A DNA stretch of 64,000 nucleotides from a virus. Each line of letters starts with the position of its first letter. Within the stretch, counting starts at the first letter, position 1. The DNA is taken from positions 32,001 through 96,000 of IMG/VR virus record IMGVR_UViG_3300008448_000002; one strand, given 5' to 3'. The position numbers and the translations under genes were made by a program. Positions 29,783 to 38,322 of the stretch are shown one piece after another. The notes beneath the pieces were generated by a model, which saw only the letters and a program-made list of their open reading frames with translations, was not told where the DNA came from and did no database searches.

Positions 29783-30241
29783 TTGTCAATTTATATGTCA
29801 TCTAAAAAAATCGAAGAAACTTTAAACTTACCATCAATGGAAGATTTATTAAAATCATTAGAAGAAGATAATGAACCATTACAAAAAATAGAAAATGAAC
29901 AAGACATCATTGAGAATCATGATAATGAAATGAACGATATAATGAAAAAAGCCATGACAAGTTATGAATCATTGATGGATTTAGGATTCAATGCTGAGAC
30001 GAGAGTGGCAGGAGAAATATTCGGTGCGGCAGTAAATATGTTAAAGTTATCAACCGATGCTTCAAGAAGTAAAATGGAACAAAAGTTTAAAAAAATAAAA
30101 TTAGAATTAGAAGCTAAGAAAATAGACTATGTTGTTGGTAAGGATAATAAAAGTATAGAAAACAATCAATATCAAGGAAAAGATGTAATAATCATGAATA
30201 GAAATGATTTATTGAAATCTATCAAAGATGATGCTAAATAA
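29783..30241 (+). CDS. Helical late protein, possibly terminase small subunit
   Basis: CATAAATA upstream; helical LMDLGFN...IFGAAVNMLK...KKIKLELE; the small-subunit call is tentative. Confidence 0.4.
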   Translation: MSIYMSSKKIEETLNLPSMEDLLKSLEEDNEPLQKIENEQDIIENHDNEMNDIMKKAMTSYESLMDLGFNAETRVAGEIFGAAVNMLKLSTDASRSKMEQKFKKIKLELEAKKIDYVVGKDNKSIENNQYQGKDVIIMNRNDLLKSIKDDAK

Positions 30242-30355
30242 CATTTGGTGATTTCCTGTATCATTGTATACTCATCGTCCGTTAATGACTAAAGGGAATA
30301 TAAACAGTTATTGCGGGGTTTTAGAGTTTTCCTGACACAACAAAAACTCTACTTT

Positions 30356-30421
30356 AAAATACTTGTTGACAAAGTAAAATAATGTGATATTCTCTTATTT
30401 ATCAAAGAGGGGAATATCCTT
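30356..30421 (+). promoter_or_regulatory. Early promoter plus stem-loop cassette, copy 1
   Basis: TTGACA(30366)-N16-TATTCT with extended TG, then CTCTT...AAGAG hairpin; homologous to 55817 and 57241. Confidence 0.75.
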
Positions 30422-30444
30422 CTTATTAAAAAAAGGAATACATT

Positions 30445-30720
30445 ATGTTTGCTTTATTTCATGTAGAAGAACAAGAGTTTTTAGGAGTACAATCGGGTAC
30501 TTGTGCTCACGAAGGCACACCAATGTCTGTTTTATCTTTTAAAACTAATAACATATGGTTGTGCGATAACAAAGAAGTGGCGGAGCATCTTTTGACTAAT
30601 AAGGACTTTTCTAATTTTGACGGTTATACATGGGATAGAGCATTTCATAGGCAAGGTATATGGTTAAGAAATTCATTTGTAGGTGAATTAAAAGTAGTAG
30701 AACTGAATCCTGTATTCTAG
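30445..30720 (+). CDS. Small hypothetical early protein
   Basis: 91-aa ORF with AAGGA RBS after the early promoter. Confidence 0.7.
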   Translation: MFALFHVEEQEFLGVQSGTCAHEGTPMSVLSFKTNNIWLCDNKEVAEHLLTNKDFSNFDGYTWDRAFHRQGIWLRNSFVGELKVVELNPVF

Positions 30721-30729
30721 GAATATATT

Positions 30730-30939
30730 ATGATTGAATATAAAAACATGAATGAAGATGAATGGTATAACTTTTTGAAAGGTGTCTTCCAAGATGGAGG
30801 ATTTATCGAATCGAACGGTCTTGAAAAATATCCTTTGTCGCAAGTTGCCATAGAAAGTCTTATTAATGATGGTATAGCTAAACACGAGGATAATTTATAT
30901 CTTCCAGTAAATAATAAACCAGAATTACAAGTAATATAA
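30730..30939 (+). CDS. Small hypothetical protein
   Basis: 69-aa ORF with AGGA RBS. Confidence 0.6.
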   Translation: MIEYKNMNEDEWYNFLKGVFQDGGFIESNGLEKYPLSQVAIESLINDGIAKHEDNLYLPVNNKPELQVI

Positions 30940-30993
30940 TTTTAAAAATAGTTCTTGTAATTCATAATAAAATAATGATAATTCTAACAAAAT

Positions 30994-31069
30994 AGGAGTA
31001 TAGCTCAACTGGTAGAGCGTTGGTCTCCAAAACCAAAGGTTGTGGGTTCAATCCCCTCTGCTCCTGCCA
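30994..31069 (+). tRNA. trnW: tRNA-Trp (anticodon CCA), 3'-CCA encoded
   Basis: Acceptor AGGAGTA/TGCTCCT, D-arm GCTCAACTGGTAGAGC, anticodon arm TTGGT-CTCCAAA-ACCAA, T-loop GTTCAATC, ends GCCA. Confidence 0.95.
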
Positions 31070-32729
31070 TTTTATTAACCATTGTGATGCCGCAATCATA
31101 GATATAGTTTCCATAATCTTTATTTGATAGTTTGTCATTATTTCTATCCAAGAAGTATCTTACTGGAGGTAATTGTATGGTTTCATTTTGGGAAAAATTA
31201 TAATAGTTGAATCTATTATCAATTATAATACTTATAGGTTTATTAAATTGTTTCTGTAAGTACAATACAAATAATTCCATAATTTCATTAAAATTAACGC
31301 AAAATATATAAGAAAAGTGATTTATTGTTTCATTTGTGATATTAACTACAGAAATCAACATATTATCTACGAATAATCCGTAAAATATACCATTATATTT
31401 ATTTTGTGGCAAATCATGGTTTTTTATGAATATGACGGCTTCCTTCTTAGTAATTTTCTTAATTGTATGATTACCTATAGCGATGTATTGACCCAATCCA
31501 AGAGATTCTTTGATTTTATTATGAATTATATCTTTACTGGTTTTATACTCGCAATCAAATATTGTCAATAGAGTAACATTCTTATCCCTACATTTTTTAT
31601 ACTTATTATAATGATAATCTTCTGATTTTCCTGCGTTTGTACTGTGCCAGTATATCCCACAATATTCAATCGCTAGATTCTTACTAGGAATATAGATGTC
31701 CAATTCTTGAGGTGATATTAATTTTCTATCACAAATCATAATATCCTCATCAGGCAATAATTCCTTAATATACTCTACAATGCCAATTTCATTTTTTGAG
31801 CGATAAGTTTCTTCAGGATAACATGTTTTACATATCTTTTCTCTAAATCTTATAGAGAAAAATCTATGAAGTAAGGGTATTTCTGTATTACAATCTATAC
31901 ATTCAAATAATATCATTTTCGGAGATAGTTTCTTTATATATTTGATATTCAATTTTTCTATTAAATGTTTATTCTTTTCGATAAACAGTAAAGTACTTTT
32001 ATTACCAGCTTCATTCATTCTTCTAATTGTTTGTACTGGTAAAGGTTTCCCCTTTAAATTATCGGAATACTTCTTTCTTGAATTAGAGAACTTATTTACG
32101 GTGAAATCAGTAATAATTTTTGAATTAGGATATAATTTTACATATTCTTCCAGTGTTAAACCATGAGTCAATGAATGACGGGTATTCATCATTCTTAATT
32201 TTTTATTACAAATAGCACATTCTATCGTTTCGTAATCAATACTTTTAACTTTCTTTGGTTTATTTTTAAAAGACTCCATTCTTGCTTTTGTTGATTTTTC
32301 TACAATCTCTCTAGGTATTTTTCGTCCAGTTAGTTTTCTTGAAATATTATCCTTTTGTTCCTGTGTTAAAGGCTTTCTCGGTTTTGTTTGTTTTAACCCT
32401 GTTTTAGCTCGGCTTAATTTTAATTTCTGTTCCTCTGACATGGGAACACCTTTATTGTGTGCCTGTCTTCCTTTGGTTTTATTTCTTATTTTTAACTTTA
32501 CTTCTTCACTTCTAGGTACTCCCTTCCTAGAATTATTATGTTTAGTAGCATGAACACTATATCGGTGTCTGGTATATTCAGACATTGTAGGACTATTAGG
32601 GTATAATTTTACATAATCCGCTGTTGTATGAATATCGTGTTGTTTTAAATGCGTAATTGAAAGCATTTTAAATTTTTTATTACAAATAGCGCATTCTACA
32701 TAATTTTCCATATAGGAATTATAACTCAT
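31005..32729 (-). CDS. Putative free-standing homing endonuclease (Zn fingers + NUMOD3-like repeats + PD-(D/E)xK-type domain)
   Basis: Two CAIC...H..H fingers, HNKGVPMSEEQKLKLS repeats, SKNE...ELDIYIPSKNLAIEYCGIYWHS; the last codons are antisense to the tRNA. Confidence 0.75.
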   Translation of the reverse strand: MSYNSYMENYVECAICNKKFKMLSITHLKQHDIHTTADYVKLYPNSPTMSEYTRHRYSVHATKHNNSRKGVPRSEEVKLKIRNKTKGRQAHNKGVPMSEEQKLKLSRAKTGLKQTKPRKPLTQEQKDNISRKLTGRKIPREIVEKSTKARMESFKNKPKKVKSIDYETIECAICNKKLRMMNTRHSLTHGLTLEEYVKLYPNSKIITDFTVNKFSNSRKKYSDNLKGKPLPVQTIRRMNEAGNKSTLLFIEKNKHLIEKLNIKYIKKLSPKMILFECIDCNTEIPLLHRFFSIRFREKICKTCYPEETYRSKNEIGIVEYIKELLPDEDIMICDRKLISPQELDIYIPSKNLAIEYCGIYWHSTNAGKSEDYHYNKYKKCRDKNVTLLTIFDCEYKTSKDIIHNKIKESLGLGQYIAIGNHTIKKITKKEAVIFIKNHDLPQNKYNGIFYGLFVDNMLISVVNITNETINHFSYIFCVNFNEIMELFVLYLQKQFNKPISIIIDNRFNYYNFSQNETIQLPPVRYFLDRNNDKLSNKDYGNYIYDCGITMVNKMAGAEGIEPTTFGFGDQRSTS

Positions 32730-32746
32730 TTTATGTTGGTTTACAA

Positions 32747-32775
32747 TAAAAAAGAGGGCATTTTAAGCCCTCTTT
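32747..32775 (-). terminator. Intrinsic terminator after the tail sheath gene
   Basis: AAAGAGGGC/GCCCTCTTT stem with a minus-strand U-tract. Confidence 0.75.
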
Positions 32776-32800
32776 AAAGTTTTTTATGTATTTTATTATA

Positions 32801-35800
32801 TTACTGAGTAGCTGTTCTATTATTGAAAAGTTGATTTAAATCAGTACCAGTGTTGACAATTCTGATAGGGACGAATAAAAATTCCAGGGTCTTCGATGGC
32901 GCAATCGCCACGTCAATCCAGAGTTCATTTCTGTCAATTCTCGCAGGAGTATTGTTTGTTTCATCGCAAATAACAATGAAGTCATATAATCCACGAAGTG
33001 CCAAAATATCACCCAAAAATCTTTCAAACGCATTTTTAACAGCGTCTCTTGTTTGTTGGTCGTTTTGTTCAAATAAGAATGGTTTTGAAAGGTTATCTAA
33101 TTTATAACGAATATAGTTAATCAATCTAGCAACATTTATTCTATCCAAAGCAGATGAAACAGGTGATAATGTTTTTTGACCGTATATTACTAATCCTCTA
33201 TTTGGAATGTAGGCAATAGGGTTAATTTTGTTTTCATATAAAACGTCTCTTAAACCATTGCTTAAAACAGTTGGTCTAAACTCACCTTCACTTGTCAAGT
33301 AACCAACAGTTGTAGCATTTGTTACTAATCCTCTTTCAAATCCAGCGGGAGCAAACCAAGGATAAGAAACAATATCATTTCTTACGATTGTTCTTAAGGC
33401 AATTGTAGATGGTGGAATAGCGATTTCCGAACCATCAATGTTTGTTCCCAAGCCCCAAGGATAGTAAATACCAGCATAAGGCGAAGCTGATACTAAACCA
33501 TCTTCACTATTACTAGAAGCACCACTTAATTCTGGATTTGCCCATTTTTGTATAGCTGTTCCATTGGCAGGTAATCGTATTGGAGAATCACCAACAACAA
33601 ACGCAACTTCTTTCTTGTCTGTATTTAAAGAAATCATTTCATCAAGTAATTCTACATAACCAGGAGCAGAGATTAAATTATAGAAAATCGTTTCTGCTCT
33701 AATGTCTTCATTACCAGCAATAGTTGCCGCTAATGATTGTACAATCATTTGACGTTGTGCTTTTCTTCCCATGTAGGGACTACCATCTTGTTTATTACCT
33801 GATACTGTAATCCATCGTCCTTCTTCGACAACGGGTGAACCAGAGTACGCGCCCACTGTATATACTGTTTGTGTGTAATCTGTTCCATTGAAATCAACTG
33901 AAAGATAATTTGGTTTCCATTGTTTTACATTCAAGGTAGAATATCTTGTATTAAACAACAACATACCTTCTGGATATGCTCTAGGGTCTGGCGCGTCTGG
34001 GTCTACAAAATCACTTGTAACCATAGCGGATGTTGTTTTATCACCATCTAATGTACCATCGGCACTCCATCTAGCATCGGCGAATATTACACCGAATGGT
34101 GTTGTTTGGTCTGTGTTGTCAATCAATACCCATGTGTTACTGGATGTTTGAAATCTGTAAATTTTTGGATAATTCTCTAAATCAGATGTTCTTACCCAAA
34201 TATCATTATCAACCAAAGGTGAGCCACCTGATTGTGTTGTTGGAGCAGAACCACTTAAGATTGGTCCATTAGTATCTGTACCAGAGTAGGCAGAATAGTT
34301 TCTATACCCTTTCCATTGGTCGCCATCATTTACCATGATATCAACAGCAAATGAACTATTATACCATAGTGTATCTTCTGTTGGAGTAGATGTTATCGCC
34401 GTTAAGGATGGAGTATGAGATAGGTTACTCCATGTTGTGCCATTGAATACTCTTAAAATATGACTTGCCAAAGCATCTGTAGAGTCACCATACGCATTAT
34501 ATTGTACATAAACACTACCTGCTGTTCTTGTAGAACCAAGAGCCGTATTAGCTGCCGTATCATCGGCATATAGGTTGGCGGTTACTACGCCAAAGGTATT
34601 TGTTGAAGAATTATATCTCTTTAGTAAATACTTTGCTCCAGCATTAGGAATGGTTGTTTTAACCCAAACATCACCAACAGATGAACCCGTTGGAATTGTC
34701 GTGTGCGGGGAATAATATAAATCATTCCCTTTAACTAAGGTTGTTGTAACCCCAAGTAAAGTTGCGGGAGTTGACGTTGTGTTTGTCAATTTTATGTTTC
34801 CGCCAAACGTATTTGTAATAACCAATGCCGTTGCTGGATTAGAGGCAACAATACCTTTTGCGGGGTGATTTGCTGCCAAGCCAGTGATTGCTGCGTTAAT
34901 CTGCGTTACTACGTTTGAAAGAGTTGTTATTGAACTAAATGTTACAGCAACATCATTACCAGATAATCCATCAACATTTATTGTCAAAACAGAACTGTTT
35001 AATCCTGCTAAGGTTGGTGAAGAGCTGCCAACTATTCTTGTTGGGGTTGCCTTTTTCCAGTTTGCGCTACCAACTAAGAACCATAAGTCAATAGCCGCTG
35101 AATCCGTTGATTGACTTACTGCTTGTGGTCTTAATTTTTGAAAAATTAAATAATCACTATTTTTTGTCAAAACAGCAAATTCACCTGCTGTTCCAATGGT
35201 AGCTTTTGGTGTTTCTTGGGCAACTAATGTTGTATTAGAAATATCTTTTAATCCAATATCAGTAATCAACTGAGCAGTCGTTGTACCTGTAATTACCAAG
35301 TTTCCGCCAGCAATATTTCTCAAAAATAAATATGATTTACCAGCAAGTCTATATACACCTGCTTGTATTCCTGGAATTGCTGCCGCTGTGATAGCATTTA
35401 CTATCTGTGTTAATGTATTACCTGAAGAAACCGCAACGGTCACACCATTGATTACTAAACTTCCTGTTACAGAGGCAACTGCCGTTACAGCGTCAGCATA
35501 TCCAACATTTGCCAATATTTCTTTGTCAATATCCGAAGTTGAATTAATGATGTATGGTGTTCTTGCTCCAAATGCGTTGTATGGTACAGAACCACCATTA
35601 CTTTCAAATATACCAAAAGATGTTTGTGATAAATCCAACCAATACGCACCGTTTGATGGATTACCTCGCGGAGTTGTGGCACGAGGTGAAAGTGAACTAT
35701 AATCAATTGCCGCTCTTACTACATATGCTCTGTTAGCAACACCAAGGTATTGATAAGCAGCATGTAAACCATATTCATTCAATTCATAACCATGAATAGG

Positions 35801-36043
35801 TGTTCCACCTGAACTATAGAAAATAGGATTGCCAAATGTTTGTATTAATTCTCTTTGTGAGCTAATTGTATATAATTTACCAGCATTTGATGCTAATGTG
35901 CCTTCTGCCACAGATGCCCCATCTGGTGCTGTTTTGTTTTCCGCTGTTCCAAAAATAATTAGCGGAACTGTGCCGCTTCCTGCCGAGCTGTAAAAACTCT
36001 CGTCAATTACTGATACTTCTACGCCTGGTGATACCAATGTCAT
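32801..36043 (-). CDS. gp18: Contractile tail sheath protein, gp18-like (1080 aa)
   Basis: LVSPGVEVSVIDES N-terminus; YYPWG, WFAPAGFERG, INPI...GQKT...DRINVARL, IDRNELWIDVAIAP. Confidence 0.93.
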   Translation of the reverse strand: MTLVSPGVEVSVIDESFYSSAGSGTVPLIIFGTAENKTAPDGASVAEGTLASNAGKLYTISSQRELIQTFGNPIFYSSGGTPIHGYELNEYGLHAAYQYLGVANRAYVVRAAIDYSSLSPRATTPRGNPSNGAYWLDLSQTSFGIFESNGGSVPYNAFGARTPYIINSTSDIDKEILANVGYADAVTAVASVTGSLVINGVTVAVSSGNTLTQIVNAITAAAIPGIQAGVYRLAGKSYLFLRNIAGGNLVITGTTTAQLITDIGLKDISNTTLVAQETPKATIGTAGEFAVLTKNSDYLIFQKLRPQAVSQSTDSAAIDLWFLVGSANWKKATPTRIVGSSSPTLAGLNSSVLTINVDGLSGNDVAVTFSSITTLSNVVTQINAAITGLAANHPAKGIVASNPATALVITNTFGGNIKLTNTTSTPATLLGVTTTLVKGNDLYYSPHTTIPTGSSVGDVWVKTTIPNAGAKYLLKRYNSSTNTFGVVTANLYADDTAANTALGSTRTAGSVYVQYNAYGDSTDALASHILRVFNGTTWSNLSHTPSLTAITSTPTEDTLWYNSSFAVDIMVNDGDQWKGYRNYSAYSGTDTNGPILSGSAPTTQSGGSPLVDNDIWVRTSDLENYPKIYRFQTSSNTWVLIDNTDQTTPFGVIFADARWSADGTLDGDKTTSAMVTSDFVDPDAPDPRAYPEGMLLFNTRYSTLNVKQWKPNYLSVDFNGTDYTQTVYTVGAYSGSPVVEEGRWITVSGNKQDGSPYMGRKAQRQMIVQSLAATIAGNEDIRAETIFYNLISAPGYVELLDEMISLNTDKKEVAFVVGDSPIRLPANGTAIQKWANPELSGASSNSEDGLVSASPYAGIYYPWGLGTNIDGSEIAIPPSTIALRTIVRNDIVSYPWFAPAGFERGLVTNATTVGYLTSEGEFRPTVLSNGLRDVLYENKINPIAYIPNRGLVIYGQKTLSPVSSALDRINVARLINYIRYKLDNLSKPFLFEQNDQQTRDAVKNAFERFLGDILALRGLYDFIVICDETNNTPARIDRNELWIDVAIAPSKTLEFLFVPIRIVNTGTDLNQLFNNRTATQ

Positions 36044-36134
36044 AATAAACCTTTCAATGTCTTAATTCTTTTATACTATTATTTATGAAATTATTGAAAT
36101 AAGGGTATAATTTCGTTGAAAGGTTTAGTAATGC

Positions 36135-36737
36135 TTAAATTATTGTTTTTATAATTTCTTTTAATGTTTTCAAATTACTATTGTTGTAGATTATTTCTGT
36201 ATTATACGATACCGATGCCCATTCCGAATAATGTACATTGTATTTTTCCATATCTTTAATTGATTCATCATTAATGTTTTTGGCAATATCATACCATTCT
36301 GGTAAATCACCTCTGATTACTCTGTATAATTTTCCGCCAACTTCTTCAATTGCCTGTAACTCATTGATGAATCTACAATCCGTAATAACAATATTATCGT
36401 TGCTATCAAGTATTCGTTTCTTTAACGATTTTATCCATATATCTTGATGAAAATTATTCCTGAATACTTCTGTGCCAATTTCTTGTAATACTTTTCTGGG
36501 TGTAATTTCTTTGTTTAATTCGTTTGACCAATATTCGTCAATTGTTTCTCTCCATTGTCTCGAATGTGGTGTGCTTCCTTCTAATAATTCTCTATCCCAT
36601 GAGAATATAGTTGAAACGCTGTCTTTTAATGGTTTTGCGAATGATTCTTGTTTAAATCCATAATCATCAACTAATATATTTGCTATTGTGGATTTACCAG
36701 AGCCAGCCAGTCCTAAAATACCTATAATCTTTTTCAT
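36135..36737 (-). CDS. Deoxynucleoside monophosphate kinase (T4 gp1-like)
   Basis: IIGILGLAGSGKST, FAKPLKD, PRKVLQEIGTEVFR, ITDCRFINE, HYSEW. Confidence 0.88.
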   Translation of the reverse strand: MKKIIGILGLAGSGKSTIANILVDDYGFKQESFAKPLKDSVSTIFSWDRELLEGSTPHSRQWRETIDEYWSNELNKEITPRKVLQEIGTEVFRNNFHQDIWIKSLKKRILDSNDNIVITDCRFINELQAIEEVGGKLYRVIRGDLPEWYDIAKNINDESIKDMEKYNVHYSEWASVSYNTEIIYNNSNLKTLKEIIKTII

Positions 36738-36925
36738 AAGGGAAACTCTAACAGCATAATATTGCTAATAGATAAAAATTGTGATTTTCCAGAAAAAATC
36801 TTTTTACTATAATATATACAGAACTTGCCACCCCTTAACCACGATTCATTATGGATTACAGTATTAATAGACTCAATTTCTTTTAATGTTATATATTTAT
36901 TTTTTTCAATATTTAAAGTTTTCAT
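36734..36925 (-). CDS. Small hypothetical protein (MKT- tandem array)
   Basis: 63-aa ORF overlapping neighbours by ATGA. Confidence 0.5.
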   Translation of the reverse strand: MKTLNIEKNKYITLKEIESINTVIHNESWLRGGKFCIYYSKKIFSGKSQFLSISNIMLLEFPL

Positions 36926-37107
36926 AATAATCTCATATTACTATTAAAATTAATTGGTATGTCAATAAATTCATAACTAAGTAGCATTATTTTTATTTCA
37001 TAAAAATCTTCTTTAGTTGTTTCAAAAAATGCTATTTTAGTAAAATAACTACCATCTTTTTCTAAAAAGGTATTATATTGTTTATTATTGACACGAAGCG
37101 TTTTCAT
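36922..37107 (-). CDS. Small hypothetical protein, paralogue of 37145..37315
   Basis: 61 aa; near-gapless alignment to its neighbour. Confidence 0.6.
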   Translation of the reverse strand: MKTLRVNNKQYNTFLEKDGSYFTKIAFFETTKEDFYEIKIMLLSYEFIDIPINFNSNMRLL

Positions 37108-37144
37108 AGTATAATTATAACATAATTATGGTAAATTTTACAAT

Positions 37145-37315
37145 CTAATAAGTTACTAAAGTTAAGGAAACATCAGCATAACTAAAAGGTCTCATTATTT
37201 CAACTTCATAATAATCTTCTTTAATTGTTTCACTGAAATACAATTTGGACAGATATAAAATATCCTTTTTTAAAAAAGTATCATATTTTTCGTTATTGAC
37301 TTGAACCGTTTTCAT
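37145..37315 (-). CDS. Small hypothetical protein (56 aa, MKTVQVNNEKYDTFLKKDILYLSKLYFSETIKEDYYEVEIM...)
   Basis: Read manually; clear paralogue of 36922..37107. Confidence 0.65.
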   Translation of the reverse strand: MKTVQVNNEKYDTFLKKDILYLSKLYFSETIKEDYYEVEIMRPFSYADVSLTLVTY

Positions 37316-37509
37316 GAAATGTATCTTAATTTACGAGATTTAAACATCACATGGTTACGTTTCGTTAGTATTCTATAATGATACTCTAAATAGTCATCAT
37401 AACAATGTATTACAAAACAAGCATTGTGTTTGTAGGTATTATCATCAACTGCGATAGACCGTTTCTTTAGTAAAGTATAATCATAACGGGGCAGTAGAGC
37501 TTTTTTCAT
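37312..37509 (-). CDS. Small hypothetical protein
   Basis: 65-aa ORF; upstream sequence resembles that of 37107. Confidence 0.5.
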   Translation of the reverse strand: MKKALLPRYDYTLLKKRSIAVDDNTYKHNACFVIHCYDDYLEYHYRILTKRNHVMFKSRKLRYIS

Positions 37510-37537
37510 ATGATTATAATAACATAATTATTGTAAA

Positions 37538-38284
37538 TCAGCCAATAATAAATCCATAACCCATATTAGAATCCATTTGATTCTTTAATTCTTCTTCAAG
37601 AGTTATCATCATTTCTTTGGCATCGGCTTTTAATTCAGCACCATTTAATGAGCCGCCTCCTTGTGGTCCAGCGATTGTAGAAAACTTAGAATATGCTTCT
37701 CCAAGCATCATTTTACATTTTGCCACGGTATATTCTCTTATCCAAGGTCTAGCATATATATCTTTTAGAATAATATCATCGGGTCTTGTATTGTGTATAT
37801 GTAGTAAGATTGATTCTACGTTTCTGATGTCTCTATCTAAAGATAACCTTCTTGATGTTGGGTCGTATTGAAAGGTTACATATAGACCAAACATTCTACC
37901 TATTATTTCCTGAAATCCAGAAAACAATTCATATGTCACTAAATCTGTGCTTCCGCCACCTGTTAAAACAAATTGGTTTACAAACGCAGAGGCAAATGGG
38001 TCAAAATTGAGTCCTTGACCAGAAATAGTGCCCGTTGTACCTCTTCTAAAGATATTTTTCACTAAAATTACTTCTTCTGGTAAGTAATAGTCTCTTTGTC
38101 CTGGTTGTACCTCTAAAAACGCAAATCTTTCTTCTGTAGAGTTTACTGACCTTAATCTATATCTTTCAAATGCCAATTTTAATGCCAATTCATAATGTTC
38201 TGGGTCAAGGTAAACATCAACCAATCCTTCACCAAGGGTTAGTCTAACATCATTGATAATTTCTTGTTTTAATGGTGATAACAT
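37538..38284 (-). CDS. gp13: Neck protein, T4 gp13-like
   Basis: LTLGEGLVDVYLDPEH, PWIREYTVAKCKMMLGEAYSKF..I.GPQGG.SLNG.ELK. Confidence 0.85.
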   Translation of the reverse strand: MLSPLKQEIINDVRLTLGEGLVDVYLDPEHYELALKLAFERYRLRSVNSTEERFAFLEVQPGQRDYYLPEEVILVKNIFRRGTTGTISGQGLNFDPFASAFVNQFVLTGGGSTDLVTYELFSGFQEIIGRMFGLYVTFQYDPTSRRLSLDRDIRNVESILLHIHNTRPDDIILKDIYARPWIREYTVAKCKMMLGEAYSKFSTIAGPQGGGSLNGAELKADAKEMMITLEEELKNQMDSNMGYGFIIG

Positions 38285-38304
38285 ATTTTTTCCTATTATA
38301 TAAG

Positions 38305-38316
38305 TATTTATAAATA
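38305..38316. promoter_or_regulatory. Palindromic bidirectional late promoter TATTTATAAATA
   Basis: TATAAATA present on both strands in the 38-bp gap between divergent genes. Confidence 0.65.
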
Positions 38317-38322
38317 GTATGT

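Noticed and set aside
37145-37315. Programmed -1 frameshift at A-AAA-AAG in the small ORF
   Set aside because: On careful recount the ORF is intact in frame 0 (56 aa) and aligns with its paralogue without any shift
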